Positions 38,597 to 48,549 are shown, counted from the stretch's first letter. The stretch: DNA of 50,337 nucleotides from Bacteroidales bacterium (GCA_030523705.1 JAUNHZ010000002.1:1-50337); one strand, 5' to 3'. The notes: a model not told the origin generated them from the letters alone. Program-made: numbers and translations.

Positions 38597-40441
38597 ATGG
38601 CAGACATCGTACGTTTATTGCCCGATCATGTGGCAAACCAGATAGCTGCAGGTGAGGTCATCCAGCGCCCAGCTTCTGTGGTAAAAGAGCTGGTGGAGAA
38701 TTCGCTGGATGCAGGTGCCACCCATATAGACATCTTGATAACCGATGCCGGAAAAACCTGCATTCAGGTGATAGACGACGGCAAGGGCATGTCGCCTATA
38801 GATGCGCGTATGTCTTTTGAGCGTCATGCCACCTCTAAGATTAAGGATGCTTCTGATTTGTTCAATTTGCACACCATGGGCTTCCGTGGCGAGGCGTTAG
38901 CTTCTATAGCCGCAGTGGCACAGGTAGAGCTAAAGACCCGTCAATCCGGTGATGACCTGGGTGTGAGCGTGCAGGTCGAAGGCTCCAAATTCCTGGGGCA
39001 GGAGCCCGTTATGTGTGCGGCAGGTTCAAATTTTCAGGTAAAGAACCTGTTCTATAATGTCCCAGCTCGTAGAAAGTTCTTGAAGGCCGATAGTACCGAA
39101 CTGAATAACATCCTTACAGAATTTGAGCGCATTGTGCTGGTGCATCCAGAGGTAGGGTTCACTTTCCATCATAACGGAAAGGAACAGTATAACCTGAGTC
39201 GCTGTGGTAAGCGTCAGCGAATTTGCGATGTGTTTGGGCATAAAATGAACCAACAGCTTTTGTCGGTAGAGGTAGAGACTTCCTTTGCCAAGATTTCAGG
39301 CTTTGTGGGAAAACCTGAATTCTCCCGTAAAAAAGGCGCTCAGCAGTATTTCTTCGTCAACGGCCGTTACATGAAACACCCTTATTTCCATAAGGCTGTC
39401 ATGGGGGCTTATGAGCATTTGGTCCCAGAGGGTGAGCAAGTGAATTATTTCATTTATTTCGAAGTGAATCCAGAGGAGATTGACGTGAACATTCACCCTA
39501 CTAAAACAGAGATAAAGTTTGAGAATGACACCAATATCTGGCCTATCCTGATGGCGGCCGTAAAGGAAAGCCTGGGTAAGTTCAATGCCGTTCCTACCAT
39601 AGATTTTGATACCATTGACAAGCCAGACATCCCAGTTTTCCAGACGGAGAATGGTGGCGGAGGAAGCATGCCAGAGGTGCATTATAACCCTTCTTTCAAT
39701 CCGTTTGCGCAGGAGAAGCCTCTTTATAAAGAGAGAGAGGCCCGTAACCTGAATCAATGGGAACATTTGTATGCGCAGACTCAGCGGAAATCGTCGTACC
39801 AGGAAACAGCAGGCCAGACACTTTTTGGCTCAGGTTCTTTGGAGGAACCACAAGCAGAGCCTGTTGCTGCAGCCCCTTCTTCGGATAAGAGCTATCTCCA
39901 GCATAAAGGACGGTTCATCGTGACTTCGGTAAAATCAGGACTCATGATTGTGGATCAGCACCGTGCACATATCCGCGTACTGTATGATATGTACCGGAAC
40001 CAACTGAAGAATAACTCTGGAACCTCACAAGGTCAGCTCTTCCCAGAGGTGGTACAGTTTTCCCCTTCAGAGAGCCAGGTGCTGGAGCTGCATCTCGATG
40101 CCTTCAAGGCCATTGGCTTTGACATGGAGAACCTGGGTGGTGGTAGCTATTCTGTGAATGGCATCCCAGCTGGGGCTGAGGGCATTGATGTGTCCAAGAT
40201 TCTGCATGAGATGATAGAGGTTTCATTGTCGGATAAGGCACAAGTTGCCGAGGAACTGCATTTCCAGATGGCCCTGACTTTGGCTAGGTTTGCTGCCATC
40301 CCAGTGGGACAGGTGCTGAGCCAGGATGAGATGAACGACTTGGTGGGCCGCTTGCTGGCATCGCCTACACCAAACTATACTCCCGATGGAAAAGCCATTC
40401 TAAGGGTTCTTTCTGAAGAAGAAACCGAGAAAATGTTCTAG
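38597..40441 (+). CDS. mutL: DNA mismatch repair protein MutL
   Basis: [49 protein letters not shown]. Confidence 0.96.
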   Translation: MADIVRLLPDHVANQIAAGEVIQRPASVVKELVENSLDAGATHIDILITDAGKTCIQVIDDGKGMSPIDARMSFERHATSKIKDASDLFNLHTMGFRGEALASIAAVAQVELKTRQSGDDLGVSVQVEGSKFLGQEPVMCAAGSNFQVKNLFYNVPARRKFLKADSTELNNILTEFERIVLVHPEVGFTFHHNGKEQYNLSRCGKRQRICDVFGHKMNQQLLSVEVETSFAKISGFVGKPEFSRKKGAQQYFFVNGRYMKHPYFHKAVMGAYEHLVPEGEQVNYFIYFEVNPEEIDVNIHPTKTEIKFENDTNIWPILMAAVKESLGKFNAVPTIDFDTIDKPDIPVFQTENGGGGSMPEVHYNPSFNPFAQEKPLYKEREARNLNQWEHLYAQTQRKSSYQETAGQTLFGSGSLEEPQAEPVAAAPSSDKSYLQHKGRFIVTSVKSGLMIVDQHRAHIRVLYDMYRNQLKNNSGTSQGQLFPEVVQFSPSESQVLELHLDAFKAIGFDMENLGGGSYSVNGIPAGAEGIDVSKILHEMIEVSLSDKAQVAEELHFQMALTLARFAAIPVGQVLSQDEMNDLVGRLLASPTPNYTPDGKAILRVLSEEETEKMF

Positions 40442-40488
40442 TTTTTGAAAAAAAGTCCGGAAAAATTTGCAATATACAGAAATTGTCG

Positions 40489-40496
40489 TACCTTTG
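40489..40496 (+). promoter_or_regulatory. -7 box TACCTTTG (tRNA-Val)
   Basis: TACCTTTGCATCC lies 31 nt upstream of the mature tRNA 5' end. Confidence 0.5.
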
Positions 40497-40526
40497 CATC
40501 CGCATTCGAGAAACAACGATGCTCAA

Positions 40527-40601
40527 GGGCGTTTAGCTCAGCTGGTTCAGAGCATCTGCCTTACAAGCAGAGGGTCGGCGGTTCGAATCCGTCAACGCCC
40601 A
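40527..40601 (+). tRNA. tRNA-Val (anticodon TAC)
   Basis: Hand-folded cloverleaf: acceptor GGGCGTT/AACGCCC, D stem GCTC/GAGC, anticodon stem TCTGC/GCAGA, T arm GGCGG-TTCGAAT-CCGTC. The anticodon loop is CTTACAA, with TAC at 40562-40564. It is 75 nt and CCA is not encoded. Confidence 0.93.
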
Positions 40602-40603
40602 CG

Positions 40604-40631
40604 AAGGAGTTCTAAAAGAACTCCTTTTTTT
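40604..40631 (+). terminator. Intrinsic terminator after tRNA-Val
   Basis: AAGGAGTTC-TAAAA-GAACTCCTT forms a 9-bp stem, followed by TTTTT. Confidence 0.8.
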
Positions 40632-40686
40632 GTGCCTTTTACACCAGTTTTTCGTTACTAAATGTGGTTATGTCAATAAAATAGTG

Positions 40687-40694
40687 TAACTTTG
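40687..40694 (+). promoter_or_regulatory. -7 box TAACTTTG (purB)
   Basis: TAACTTTGCGCC lies 26 nt upstream of the ATG at 40720. Confidence 0.5.
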
Positions 40695-40719
40695 CGCCAT
40701 TAAATTTATAAATAGGTAT

Positions 40720-42066
40720 ATGGAATTGAATTTACTTACGGCAATATCACCAATCGATGGCCGCTATAGAGGGAAAACAGACAAGTTAGCAGCTTATTTT
40801 TCAGAATTTGCATTAATCCGTTATAGAGTTCAGGTTGAGATTGAATATTTCATCACACTGTGTGAACTTCCACTTCCTCAACTCAAGGCTTTTGATTCAG
40901 CTTTATATCCTCGTCTTCGCGAGATCTACAAGAATTTCTCTTTGGAGGATGCTCAGCGTGTGAAGGATATTGAGAAGGTTACCAACCACGATGTGAAGGC
41001 CGTAGAGTATTTCATCAAGGAAGAATTCGATGCCATTGGCGGTCTGGAGGAATTCAAGGAGTTCATCCACTTCGGTCTTACCTCACAGGATATCAACAAC
41101 ACTTCTATTCCTTTGTCTATCAAGGAGGCTCTGGCAGATGTCTATTATCCACAGATCCAGCAGCTCATTGACCAGCTGAAGGCATTTGCCGAGGAGTGGA
41201 AGGATATCCCTATGTTGGCCAAGACTCATGGCCAGCCAGCTTCACCTACTCGCCTGGGTAAGGAAATCATGGTATTTGCATACCGTCTGGAGCGTCAGCT
41301 GGAGACCTTGAAGCAGGTTCCTGTTACAGCTAAGTTTGGTGGTGCTACCGGTAACTATAACGCACACCGTGTGGCTTATCCTGGTTACGACTGGAAGGCA
41401 TTTGGCTCTAAGTTTGTAAGTGAGAAACTGGGTCTGGAGCGTGAGCAGTACACCACTCAGATCTCTAACTACGATTTCCTGGGCGCTATCTTTGATAACC
41501 TGAAGCGTATCAATACCATTATGATAGATATGAACCGCGACTTCTGGCAGTACATCTCTATGGAGTACTTCAAGCAGAAGATCAAGGCTGGTGAGGTTGG
41601 TTCCAGTGCTATGCCTCACAAGGTAAACCCTATTGACTACGAGAATGCAGAAGGAAACCTGGGCATTGCAAATGCTATCCTGGAGCACTTGAGCAGCAAG
41701 TTGCCAGTGAGCCGTTTGCAGCGTGACCTGACAGACTCTACCGTTTTGCGTAACGTAGGTGTTCCTATGGGACATATCATCATTGCCATTCAGAGCACAC
41801 TGAAGGGATTCAGCAAGCTGCTCCTGAATGAGAGCGCCATCCGTGCAGATTTGGATAATTGCTGGAGTGTAGTAGCCGAGGCTATTCAGACCATCTTACG
41901 CCGTGAGGCATATCCACATCCATACGAGGCATTGAAGGCCTTGACCAGAACAAATGCAGGTATTAACGAGAGTACTATCAAGGATTTTATTGAGACATTG
42001 GAGGTACCAGAGAGCGTGAAGGAAGAACTTCGTGCCATCACTCCACATACATATACTGGACTTTAA
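40720..42066 (+). CDS. purB: Adenylosuccinate lyase
   Basis: SPIDGRY, GLTSQDINNT, THGQPASPTRLGKE, and the signature loop GSSAMPHKVNP. Confidence 0.95.
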   Translation: MELNLLTAISPIDGRYRGKTDKLAAYFSEFALIRYRVQVEIEYFITLCELPLPQLKAFDSALYPRLREIYKNFSLEDAQRVKDIEKVTNHDVKAVEYFIKEEFDAIGGLEEFKEFIHFGLTSQDINNTSIPLSIKEALADVYYPQIQQLIDQLKAFAEEWKDIPMLAKTHGQPASPTRLGKEIMVFAYRLERQLETLKQVPVTAKFGGATGNYNAHRVAYPGYDWKAFGSKFVSEKLGLEREQYTTQISNYDFLGAIFDNLKRINTIMIDMNRDFWQYISMEYFKQKIKAGEVGSSAMPHKVNPIDYENAEGNLGIANAILEHLSSKLPVSRLQRDLTDSTVLRNVGVPMGHIIIAIQSTLKGFSKLLLNESAIRADLDNCWSVVAEAIQTILRREAYPHPYEALKALTRTNAGINESTIKDFIETLEVPESVKEELRAITPHTYTGL

Positions 42067-42076
42067 TACAGTAAAC

Positions 42077-42100
42077 GGGCAGGGCCGTGAGGTCATGCCC
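42077..42100 (+). terminator. Hairpin with GNRA loop after purB
   Basis: GGGCAGGGCC-GTGA-GGTCATGCCC forms a 10-bp stem with one mismatch and one G:U pair. The tail is AT-rich rather than a pure U-tract. Confidence 0.45.
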
Positions 42101-42129
42101 TAATTAATAATTATATAATAAATTTACTC

Positions 42130-43464
42130 ATGAGTACAGAAAACGAGAACTGGGGTAATACTAGTTCAGAGAATGAAAACACCAATCAAGGTGGTTACAG
42201 AACTTTTAATCGAGAGAAAAGAAGTTTTAGCAGTGGTTATGGAGACAGACGTCCGGGTTCACGCCCTCGTCAGCGTATTAACAACAATCGTGCGTACAGC
42301 TCAAACGGATCTCAGAACCGTGCTTTCCGTCCTTCTAGCTTTAATACGGAAAGTGGTGAGGAGCAGCGCGAGTATCGTCCACGCTACAACAGCGAAGGTG
42401 GTTTCAGACCACAGGGCTTTGGTGGACAGCAGCGTCAGGGTGGCTATCAGCAGCGTAGCAACAGCTACAATCGCGAGGGTGGCTATCAGCCACGCCAGAA
42501 TAATGGCTACAGTCGTCCTCAGCAGGGTGGTTACAACCGTGAAGGTGGCTATCAGCAGCGTGATGGAGGCTATCAGCGTCAGGGTGGTTTCCAGCGCCAG
42601 AACAATGGCTATGGCCGTCCACAGCAGGGAGGTTTCCAGCGTGGTGGTTATCAGCAGCGTCCTCGTACCGCCGACTACAATCCAAATGCAAAATACAGCC
42701 GCAAGAAGCAGCTGGAGTATCATGCAGCATTGCTGGATCCAGATGCACCAATCCGTTTGAACAAGTATCTGGCTAATGCAGGTATCTGCTCACGCCGTGA
42801 GGCAGATGAGTTCATTGCAGCAGGTGTCATCAGTGTAAACGGTGAGATAGTGACAGAATTGGGTTCTAAGGTGAATCCTGCAACAGATATCGTGAAGTTC
42901 CATGATCAGTCTGTAAAGCTGGAGCATAAGGTTTATGTGCTATTGAACAAGCCAAAGGGTTACGTGACTACTACCGATGACCCTCAGGAGCGCAAGACCG
43001 TAATGGAGTTGGTAAAGAATGCCTGCAAGGAGCGTATCTTCCCAGTAGGCCGTCTGGACCGTCAGACTACAGGTGTCCTGTTGTTCACTAACGATGGTGA
43101 CTTGACCGCTAAGCTCACTCACCCTAAGTTCCTGAAGAAGAAGATTTATCACGTACACCTGGACAAGAATGTGGCACACAGTGATCTGGAGCAGATTGCA
43201 GCAGGTATCACATTGGAAGATGGTGAAATCCATGCAGATGCAGTGTCTTATGCAAGTGAGACCGACAAGTCTCAGGTAGGCATTGAGATCCACAGCGGAA
43301 GAAACCGTATCGTCCGTCGTATTTTTGAACATTTAGGCTATAAAGTTGTAAAGCTTGACCGTGTATTGTTTGCTGGCCTGACCAAGAAGAACCTCCGTCG
43401 TGGAGAGTGGCGCTTCTTGACCGAGGCAGAGGTGAACATGCTTCGCATGGGAGCTTTTGAATAA
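42130..43464 (+). CDS. rluB: RluB/RsuA-family pseudouridine synthase (S4 domain + PseudoU_synth_2) with a ~190-aa low-complexity N-terminal extension
   Basis: S4 domain IRLNKYLANAGICSRREADEFIAAGVISVNGE, and catalytic motif PVGRLDRQTTGVLLFTNDG. Residues 1 to ~190 are rich in Gly, Gln, Arg, Tyr and Asn. Confidence 0.9.
   Translation: MSTENENWGNTSSENENTNQGGYRTFNREKRSFSSGYGDRRPGSRPRQRINNNRAYSSNGSQNRAFRPSSFNTESGEEQREYRPRYNSEGGFRPQGFGGQQRQGGYQQRSNSYNREGGYQPRQNNGYSRPQQGGYNREGGYQQRDGGYQRQGGFQRQNNGYGRPQQGGFQRGGYQQRPRTADYNPNAKYSRKKQLEYHAALLDPDAPIRLNKYLANAGICSRREADEFIAAGVISVNGEIVTELGSKVNPATDIVKFHDQSVKLEHKVYVLLNKPKGYVTTTDDPQERKTVMELVKNACKERIFPVGRLDRQTTGVLLFTNDGDLTAKLTHPKFLKKKIYHVHLDKNVAHSDLEQIAAGITLEDGEIHADAVSYASETDKSQVGIEIHSGRNRIVRRIFEHLGYKVVKLDRVLFAGLTKKNLRRGEWRFLTEAEVNMLRMGAFE
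42400..42690 (+). repeat. In-frame degenerate tandem repeats encoding GGYQQR / QRQNNGY(S/G)RPQQGG(Y/F) units
   Basis: Variants of GGTGGCTATCAGCAGCGT recur at about 42440, 42478, 42543, 42563 and 42640. The other frames on both strands are also open here, a low-complexity artefact. Confidence 0.75.
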
Positions 43465-43486
43465 GATATAAATACTGAGAGAAACA

Positions 43487-44917
43487 ATGGAAAATATCCG
43501 TAGAACAAAGGTCATCGATGCACTGAAGCGTACAGACTTTGGTGCAACTGTGAACGTAAAGGGATGGGTTCGCAGTAAGCGTGGCAGCAAGGGCATCTTC
43601 TTCATCGCATTGAACGATGGTAGTACCATCAAGAACATGCAGATTGTAGGCGAGGATGTCAATTTCGATGAGAATGTCGTTAAGTTGATTACTACTGGTG
43701 CCTGTATCAGTGTAAACGGTACATTGGTAGAGAGCCCAGCAGCTGGACAGGCTAGTGAGATTCAGGCTAAGGAGATTGAGGTATTAGGTGCTTGCGACAA
43801 CACTTACCCTCTTCAGAAGAAGGGTGCAAGCTGGGAGTACCTGCGTACCGTAGCTCACCTCCGTCCTCGTACGAACACGTTTGGTGCCGTATTCCGTATC
43901 CGTCATAACATGGCAATGGCTATCCACAGCTATTTCCACCAGAAAGGATTCTTCTATTTCCATACTCCGCTGATCACTGCAAGTGACTGTGAGGGTGCTG
44001 GTCAGATGTTCCAGGTTACTACCAAGAACCTGTACGACTTGAAGAAGGACGAGAATGGCTCTATCATCTATGATGACGATTTCTTTGGCAAGCAGGCTTC
44101 ACTGACTGTATCTGGTCAGCTGGAAGGTGAATTGGCTGCAACTGCACTGGGTCAGATCTATACATTTGGTCCTACCTTCCGTGCAGAGAACAGTAACACC
44201 CCACGCCACTTGGCAGAGTTCTGGATGGTTGAGCCAGAGGTTGCCTTCATTGACCTGCCAGAGTTGATGGACCTGGAAGAGGATTTCATCAAGTACTGCG
44301 TGAAATGGGCGCTGGATAACTGTATGGATGACCTGGAGTTCCTGAACAAGATGGTAGACAAGGGCTTGATTGAGCGCCTGAAGAGCGTTATCGACACAGA
44401 GTTCGTCCGTCTGCCATATACTAAGGGTATTGAGATTCTGCAGGAGGCTATCAAGAATGGCAAGAAGTTTGAGTTCCCATGCAACTGGGGCGACGACCTG
44501 GCATCAGAGCATGAGCGCTTCCTGGTAGAGGAATACTTCAAGAAGCCTGTCATCATGACCAACTATCCTAAGGCTATCAAGGCATTCTACATGAAGATTG
44601 ACGATGAGAAGCCAGTTTGTAACGGTCAGGTCATGGAAGAGACCGTACAGGGTACCGATGTGTTGTTCCCACAGATTGGTGAGATCATCGGCGGTTCTGT
44701 CCGCGAGGAGAGCTATGACAAGCTGATGGGTGAGATTGAGAGCCGTGGCATTCCTATGAAGGATATGTGGTGGTACCTGGATACCCGTAAGTTCGGTACT
44801 TGTCCTCACGGTGGTTTCGGTCTGGGCTTTGAGCGTCTGATTCTGTTCGTAACCGGTATGCAGAACATTCGCGACGTAATCCCATTCCCACGTACTCCGG
44901 GACATGCAGATTTCTAA
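43487..44917 (+). CDS. asnS: Asparagine--tRNA ligase
   Basis: N-terminal OB fold, then the class II motifs [21 protein letters not shown] and [10 protein letters not shown]. Confidence 0.96.
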   Translation: MENIRRTKVIDALKRTDFGATVNVKGWVRSKRGSKGIFFIALNDGSTIKNMQIVGEDVNFDENVVKLITTGACISVNGTLVESPAAGQASEIQAKEIEVLGACDNTYPLQKKGASWEYLRTVAHLRPRTNTFGAVFRIRHNMAMAIHSYFHQKGFFYFHTPLITASDCEGAGQMFQVTTKNLYDLKKDENGSIIYDDDFFGKQASLTVSGQLEGELAATALGQIYTFGPTFRAENSNTPRHLAEFWMVEPEVAFIDLPELMDLEEDFIKYCVKWALDNCMDDLEFLNKMVDKGLIERLKSVIDTEFVRLPYTKGIEILQEAIKNGKKFEFPCNWGDDLASEHERFLVEEYFKKPVIMTNYPKAIKAFYMKIDDEKPVCNGQVMEETVQGTDVLFPQIGEIIGGSVREESYDKLMGEIESRGIPMKDMWWYLDTRKFGTCPHGGFGLGFERLILFVTGMQNIRDVIPFPRTPGHADF

Positions 44918-44933
44918 GCAATAATTTATACAG

Positions 44934-44972
44934 AAAGCCTCCTCTTGTCTTGCTTGAGGAGGCTTTTATTTT
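44934..44972 (+). terminator. Intrinsic terminator after asnS
   Basis: AAAGCCTCCTC-11 nt-GAGGAGGCTTT forms an 11-bp perfect stem, followed by TATTTT. Confidence 0.7.
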
Positions 44973-44983
44973 AAGACATAGGT

Positions 44984-45742
44984 ATGGAAAAATTGGATTT
45001 GTTTAATCGTTCCCAGCGTTTGTTTGGCGAGGATGGCATGCTGAGACTCCAGCAGAAGAGGGTGATACTCTTCGGTGTGGGTGGCGTAGGCTCTTGGTGT
45101 GCAGAGAGCTTGGTGCGTGCAGGCGTTACGCATCTGACCATTGTGGATAGCGATAAGGTGTGCGTGACCAATTGCAACCGTCAGCTCATGGCTACCACCA
45201 GGACCATCGGGCAGGTAAAGGTACAGGCCATGAAAGAACGCTTGTCAGAGATTAATCCCGATGCGGAAATCATCGCCCTGCAGCAGATCTATACGCAGGA
45301 AACTGCCGCAGAGTTCCATCTGGAAACCTATGACTATATCATCGATGCCATAGATTCCCTGAAAGATAAGGCCGATTTGATTTTACATGCTACTGCACTG
45401 TCGCACCAGCACAAGCACATCCAGTTCTTCAGCAGCATGGGAGCTGCTCTTCGTATAGACCCAACGAAAATCCAAGTAGCCGAATTCTGGAACATCAAGG
45501 GCGATGCCTTAGCGCGTGCATTACGGAATAAGTTCAAGCGCAATAAGGAATTTCCTTCTTCCAAGTTCAAGTGCGTATATAGCGAGGAAACGCCTTTGGA
45601 GAATAAAGGAATAGTAGCTCAGGACGGCAGCCAGTCGTTCGATAAAGCCCAGATTAATGGCTCTCTCTGCCACATTACCGGCATTTTTGGCATGACATTG
45701 GCAGGCCTGGTTCTGCAAGATATTTATACTATTTCCCGTTAA
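44984..45742 (+). CDS. tcdA: tRNA threonylcarbamoyladenosine dehydratase (ThiF/MoeB-family E1-like)
   Basis: RVILFGVGGVGSWCAESLVRAGVTHLTIVDSDKVCVTNCNRQ, followed by DAIDS. Confidence 0.87.
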   Translation: MEKLDLFNRSQRLFGEDGMLRLQQKRVILFGVGGVGSWCAESLVRAGVTHLTIVDSDKVCVTNCNRQLMATTRTIGQVKVQAMKERLSEINPDAEIIALQQIYTQETAAEFHLETYDYIIDAIDSLKDKADLILHATALSHQHKHIQFFSSMGAALRIDPTKIQVAEFWNIKGDALARALRNKFKRNKEFPSSKFKCVYSEETPLENKGIVAQDGSQSFDKAQINGSLCHITGIFGMTLAGLVLQDIYTISR

Positions 45743-45831
45743 CATCTAATAATAGGGTATTCGTATCTAAGAATAGATGTTAATCATGGCACGTTCTCTG
45801 GCACGCGAAATAGAGCAGAGCCTGATTATTT

Positions 45832-47151
45832 TTATAGGAGATCTATCATTCTGTCAGCCAACGACAGAGGAAGATCAAGCAACCCATCTCGCTTTTGGAT
45901 GTTGCGTAGTGACATACGGACAGCAATGGCAGGATTATTCTTTTTTCTGTACTCACTTAAACTCTTTGCCTGTATGCTCTCTTTTGACTTGACTTCCACA
46001 GGTATGATGTTATTTTTATGCTCAAGCAGAAATTCTATTTCGGCCTGATTACCAGACGACCAATACAAAGGACTGCATCCTTGGCGTAACAGGCTCAGGA
46101 GTGCATAGTTTTCTGACATGACACCTTTGAACTCTGTGAACAAACTGTTCTCTTGAGAGATTGTTGCGGGGTCAAGATGAAACATGCGCCTTAGCAGTCC
46201 TACATCATTAAGGTAGAGTTTGAATATCGAATCGTCCTTATAAGCATCCAGAGGAAAGCGTGCTGTCTCAGTATTGTTCACTTTATGCACCAATCCCGCT
46301 CTGCACAGCCAGTCAACAGCCACCTCATATTCACGGGCTCTTGCACCCTTCTGAACTTCTGAATACTTAAACTTTTTATTATCTTTGGCCAGCTGTCGCT
46401 GCATACTGTCCCATACCTGCTGAATGCGAATCATCTCTGCAGGGGTTGCATACTTTGAGAAATCGAGGGGATAAGCACGCAGTATGTTGCTCAAAGTCTC
46501 GTCAACCTCGCGCAGGTCTCGTGTCTCTATCCAATCGACTACAGCTTCTGGCATTCCCCCAACAACCATATACAGCTTCAACTTCTCGTTTAGCTCCTGA
46601 CGCAGGATTTCCGGTAGTGAATCTTCCACCTTCCAATCTCTTACAATGTGTGCCAGACGCTGGTCGTACGAATCAAGAAATTCGCTGAAGCTAAGCGGGT
46701 AGAGCGTCATGAAATCGACCATGCCGACTGGGAAAGACCTGCCTTTCTTCTTCATCGCTACCCCTAAGAGTGAGCCAGCACAAGCCACAGCATATTCTGG
46801 CGCATCTTCCTTGAAGTATTTGAGGCTGTTCAGAGCTTCATCAGAGTCTTGTATCTCGTCAATTATCAGAAGTGTTTTCTCTGGCAATACCGGTTTTCCT
46901 TTGATCAAGCTTATCTGTTCTACTAATCTGTGAGGCTCTTTCGTCTTCTCAAACAGCTCACGGATGGTTACATCTTTGTCTATGTTGACTACGACAAAGT
47001 TGTCGAAACTCGTTGCACCAAATTTCTTCAATAGCCACGTTTTTCCTACCTGACGAGCTCCCTGCAACATAAGGGGTTTACGCTTACGCTTTGTCTTCCA
47101 CCTTACCATTTCATTAAGCAGATTGCGCTTAAGTTCAATTGTTTCTTCCAT
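45832..47151 (-). CDS. AAA_14 / DUF4143-type NTPase with a C-terminal PD-(D/E)xK-like motif
   Basis: The track start at 47184 is a GTG that overlaps the -7 box, and the ATG at 47151 gives MEETIELKRN. Walker A is LQGARQVGKTWLL and Walker B is LLIIDEIQ. The C-terminus reads AEIEFLLEHKNNIIPVEVKS, an E-x-E...E-x-K nuclease-like motif. Confidence 0.85.
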   Translation of the reverse strand: MEETIELKRNLLNEMVRWKTKRKRKPLMLQGARQVGKTWLLKKFGATSFDNFVVVNIDKDVTIRELFEKTKEPHRLVEQISLIKGKPVLPEKTLLIIDEIQDSDEALNSLKYFKEDAPEYAVACAGSLLGVAMKKKGRSFPVGMVDFMTLYPLSFSEFLDSYDQRLAHIVRDWKVEDSLPEILRQELNEKLKLYMVVGGMPEAVVDWIETRDLREVDETLSNILRAYPLDFSKYATPAEMIRIQQVWDSMQRQLAKDNKKFKYSEVQKGARAREYEVAVDWLCRAGLVHKVNNTETARFPLDAYKDDSIFKLYLNDVGLLRRMFHLDPATISQENSLFTEFKGVMSENYALLSLLRQGCSPLYWSSGNQAEIEFLLEHKNNIIPVEVKSKESIQAKSLSEYRKKNNPAIAVRMSLRNIQKRDGLLDLPLSLADRMIDLL

Positions 47152-47183
47152 AGCCGTATGTTTCGTTGTAACTTTTAAGGTCA

Positions 47184-47191
47184 CAAAGATA
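47184..47191 (-). promoter_or_regulatory. -7 box TATCTTTG (DUF4143 NTPase gene)
   Basis: Plus-strand CAAAGATA, 33 nt upstream of the ATG at 47151. Confidence 0.5.
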
Positions 47192-47231
47192 CAATAAACA
47201 AATGAGAGAGACGAATGTATCTATGGGAAAA

Positions 47232-47278
47232 GTGTAATATCACACATTTTTAACACGATATTTTGAGTGATATTACAC
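47232..47278 (-). terminator. Perfect 12-bp inverted repeat downstream of the beta-propeller gene (terminator or operator)
   Basis: GTGTAATATCAC (47232-47243) and GTGATATTACAC (47267-47278) are separated by a 23-nt spacer. On the minus strand the structure is followed by TTTTCCC. Confidence 0.5.
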
Positions 47279-47345
47279 AATTATGATAGATACGGCGTTC
47301 TCCAGAGATGTTTGCGGGTTGTAACTTCCGTCTTCTGTTTCAAGC

Positions 47346-48488
47346 TTAATCCTTCAAACGGAAAAGCAGGATTACTGGATTACTTTCATCATGAAGTTTC
47401 ATGACTAGCGGATAGTTGGGGTTTTCTTCATGGTTCTGGAATACTTCTCTCAGGACATCTGCTTCCAGGTAGCTTAGCAGATAGGCTCCGTTACTATAGC
47501 CACAAGAAGCATAATCAAGGAACTTACCTTCTGTAAAAGTCACGTCATCCTCCATTTCAGATACTATGAAACTACAGGTTTTGTTCTGCTCCAGATCACG
47601 CAAATACAAGGACGTCCCATTCTTGTCTCCTTCTGCAAAAATTAGTTGACTTGCAGAACTTGCCAATCCATCATAGATAATCTTTCCCGAATCAAACAAA
47701 CCTTTGCTGCCTTGCTCCTTTTGAATCTGCTCCTGTTCTGCCAATGTCAAGGCTGTAGGAGCATCTGTAAGATCTATGTCCTCGAACTGCTGGCTGTCCT
47801 CCCGGAACAAGACAGCTTCCATAGAATAGCCTTTCTGGAAGATGAAATTGCCGTCAGGCAACCTTAGCCAGGAATTAGGCCTGTTCAAACGCAATGGCTC
47901 ATTCTTCTGAAGTGTTGTACTCCAATTCCCTTCTGCATCCATGTAAGCCAGACAGTCCTCTCCAACTGGAGTTGACAGATAGAACAGCATGCCGTCTTTC
48001 GTTTTCTTGATGGCTGAGGGTATTGCCTTTAGGTTTGTCTCTTTCTGAAAGGTTCCATCCTTGGAAAATGTGGATACTTTGTTGTAGCCAATAATATACA
48101 CATTCTCTTGGTCAACATCGAAATCCATGAAAGACTCCAGTTCTCCAGGACCGTTTCCTATAGCACAGTAATTGCGGATATACGAACCATCATTACGGAA
48201 AGCCGTGAGCTTATTATTATCAGACAGCACATAGATCACCTCATCCAGATATCCTATCTTGTTGATCCTACCAATCAATGATTGCTCGTTTGTTTCCAAT
48301 GGTATAAACTGGAGAGACTCCACGTGTGTGCTCCACTTGCCAGCAGGAATACTACGCACCTCTGCAAGTTTCAGAAGAGTTCCTGTAGAAACTGCATCTC
48401 TTTGACACCCACAAAGCAACAGGCATGCTGTGCATATAAGCAACCTCAAGAACTTATTTATGTCATGTGTAGATTTATTTCTTTTCAT
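47346..48488 (-). CDS. 6-bladed beta-propeller lipoprotein (BF3164/DUF5128-like family)
   Basis: SpII signal LLICTACLLLCGCQ, the family-typical motif GNGPGELESF, and repeated beta-strand blades (IYVLSDNNKL, VYIIGYNKV, ...). Confidence 0.78.
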   Translation of the reverse strand: MKRNKSTHDINKFLRLLICTACLLLCGCQRDAVSTGTLLKLAEVRSIPAGKWSTHVESLQFIPLETNEQSLIGRINKIGYLDEVIYVLSDNNKLTAFRNDGSYIRNYCAIGNGPGELESFMDFDVDQENVYIIGYNKVSTFSKDGTFQKETNLKAIPSAIKKTKDGMLFYLSTPVGEDCLAYMDAEGNWSTTLQKNEPLRLNRPNSWLRLPDGNFIFQKGYSMEAVLFREDSQQFEDIDLTDAPTALTLAEQEQIQKEQGSKGLFDSGKIIYDGLASSASQLIFAEGDKNGTSLYLRDLEQNKTCSFIVSEMEDDVTFTEGKFLDYASCGYSNGAYLLSYLEADVLREVFQNHEENPNYPLVMKLHDESNPVILLFRLKD

Positions 48489-48549
48489 TTTTTCCTGTTC
48501 TTATAGTGTTCCATAACCTTAATTATTCTGTTTTTTCTATAAGACGCAT

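Noticed and set aside
40467-40661. 64-aa ORF
   Set aside because: It overlaps the whole tRNA-Val gene and its terminator, so the tRNA cloverleaf explains the sequence.
42173-42760. Alternative-frame ORFs across the rluB 5' region: 195 aa on the plus strand, and 140 aa and 115 aa on the minus strand
   Set aside because: They exist only because the GGYQQR-coding repeats lack stop codons in several frames. The in-frame product continues seamlessly into the S4 and pseudouridine-synthase domains.
45741-45781. 8-bp inverted repeat AACATCTA / TAGATGTT with a 25-nt loop between convergent tcdA and the DUF4143 NTPase gene
   Set aside because: The stem is short and AT-rich with a large loop and no U-tract. 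It is compatible with chance in AT-rich intergenic DNA.
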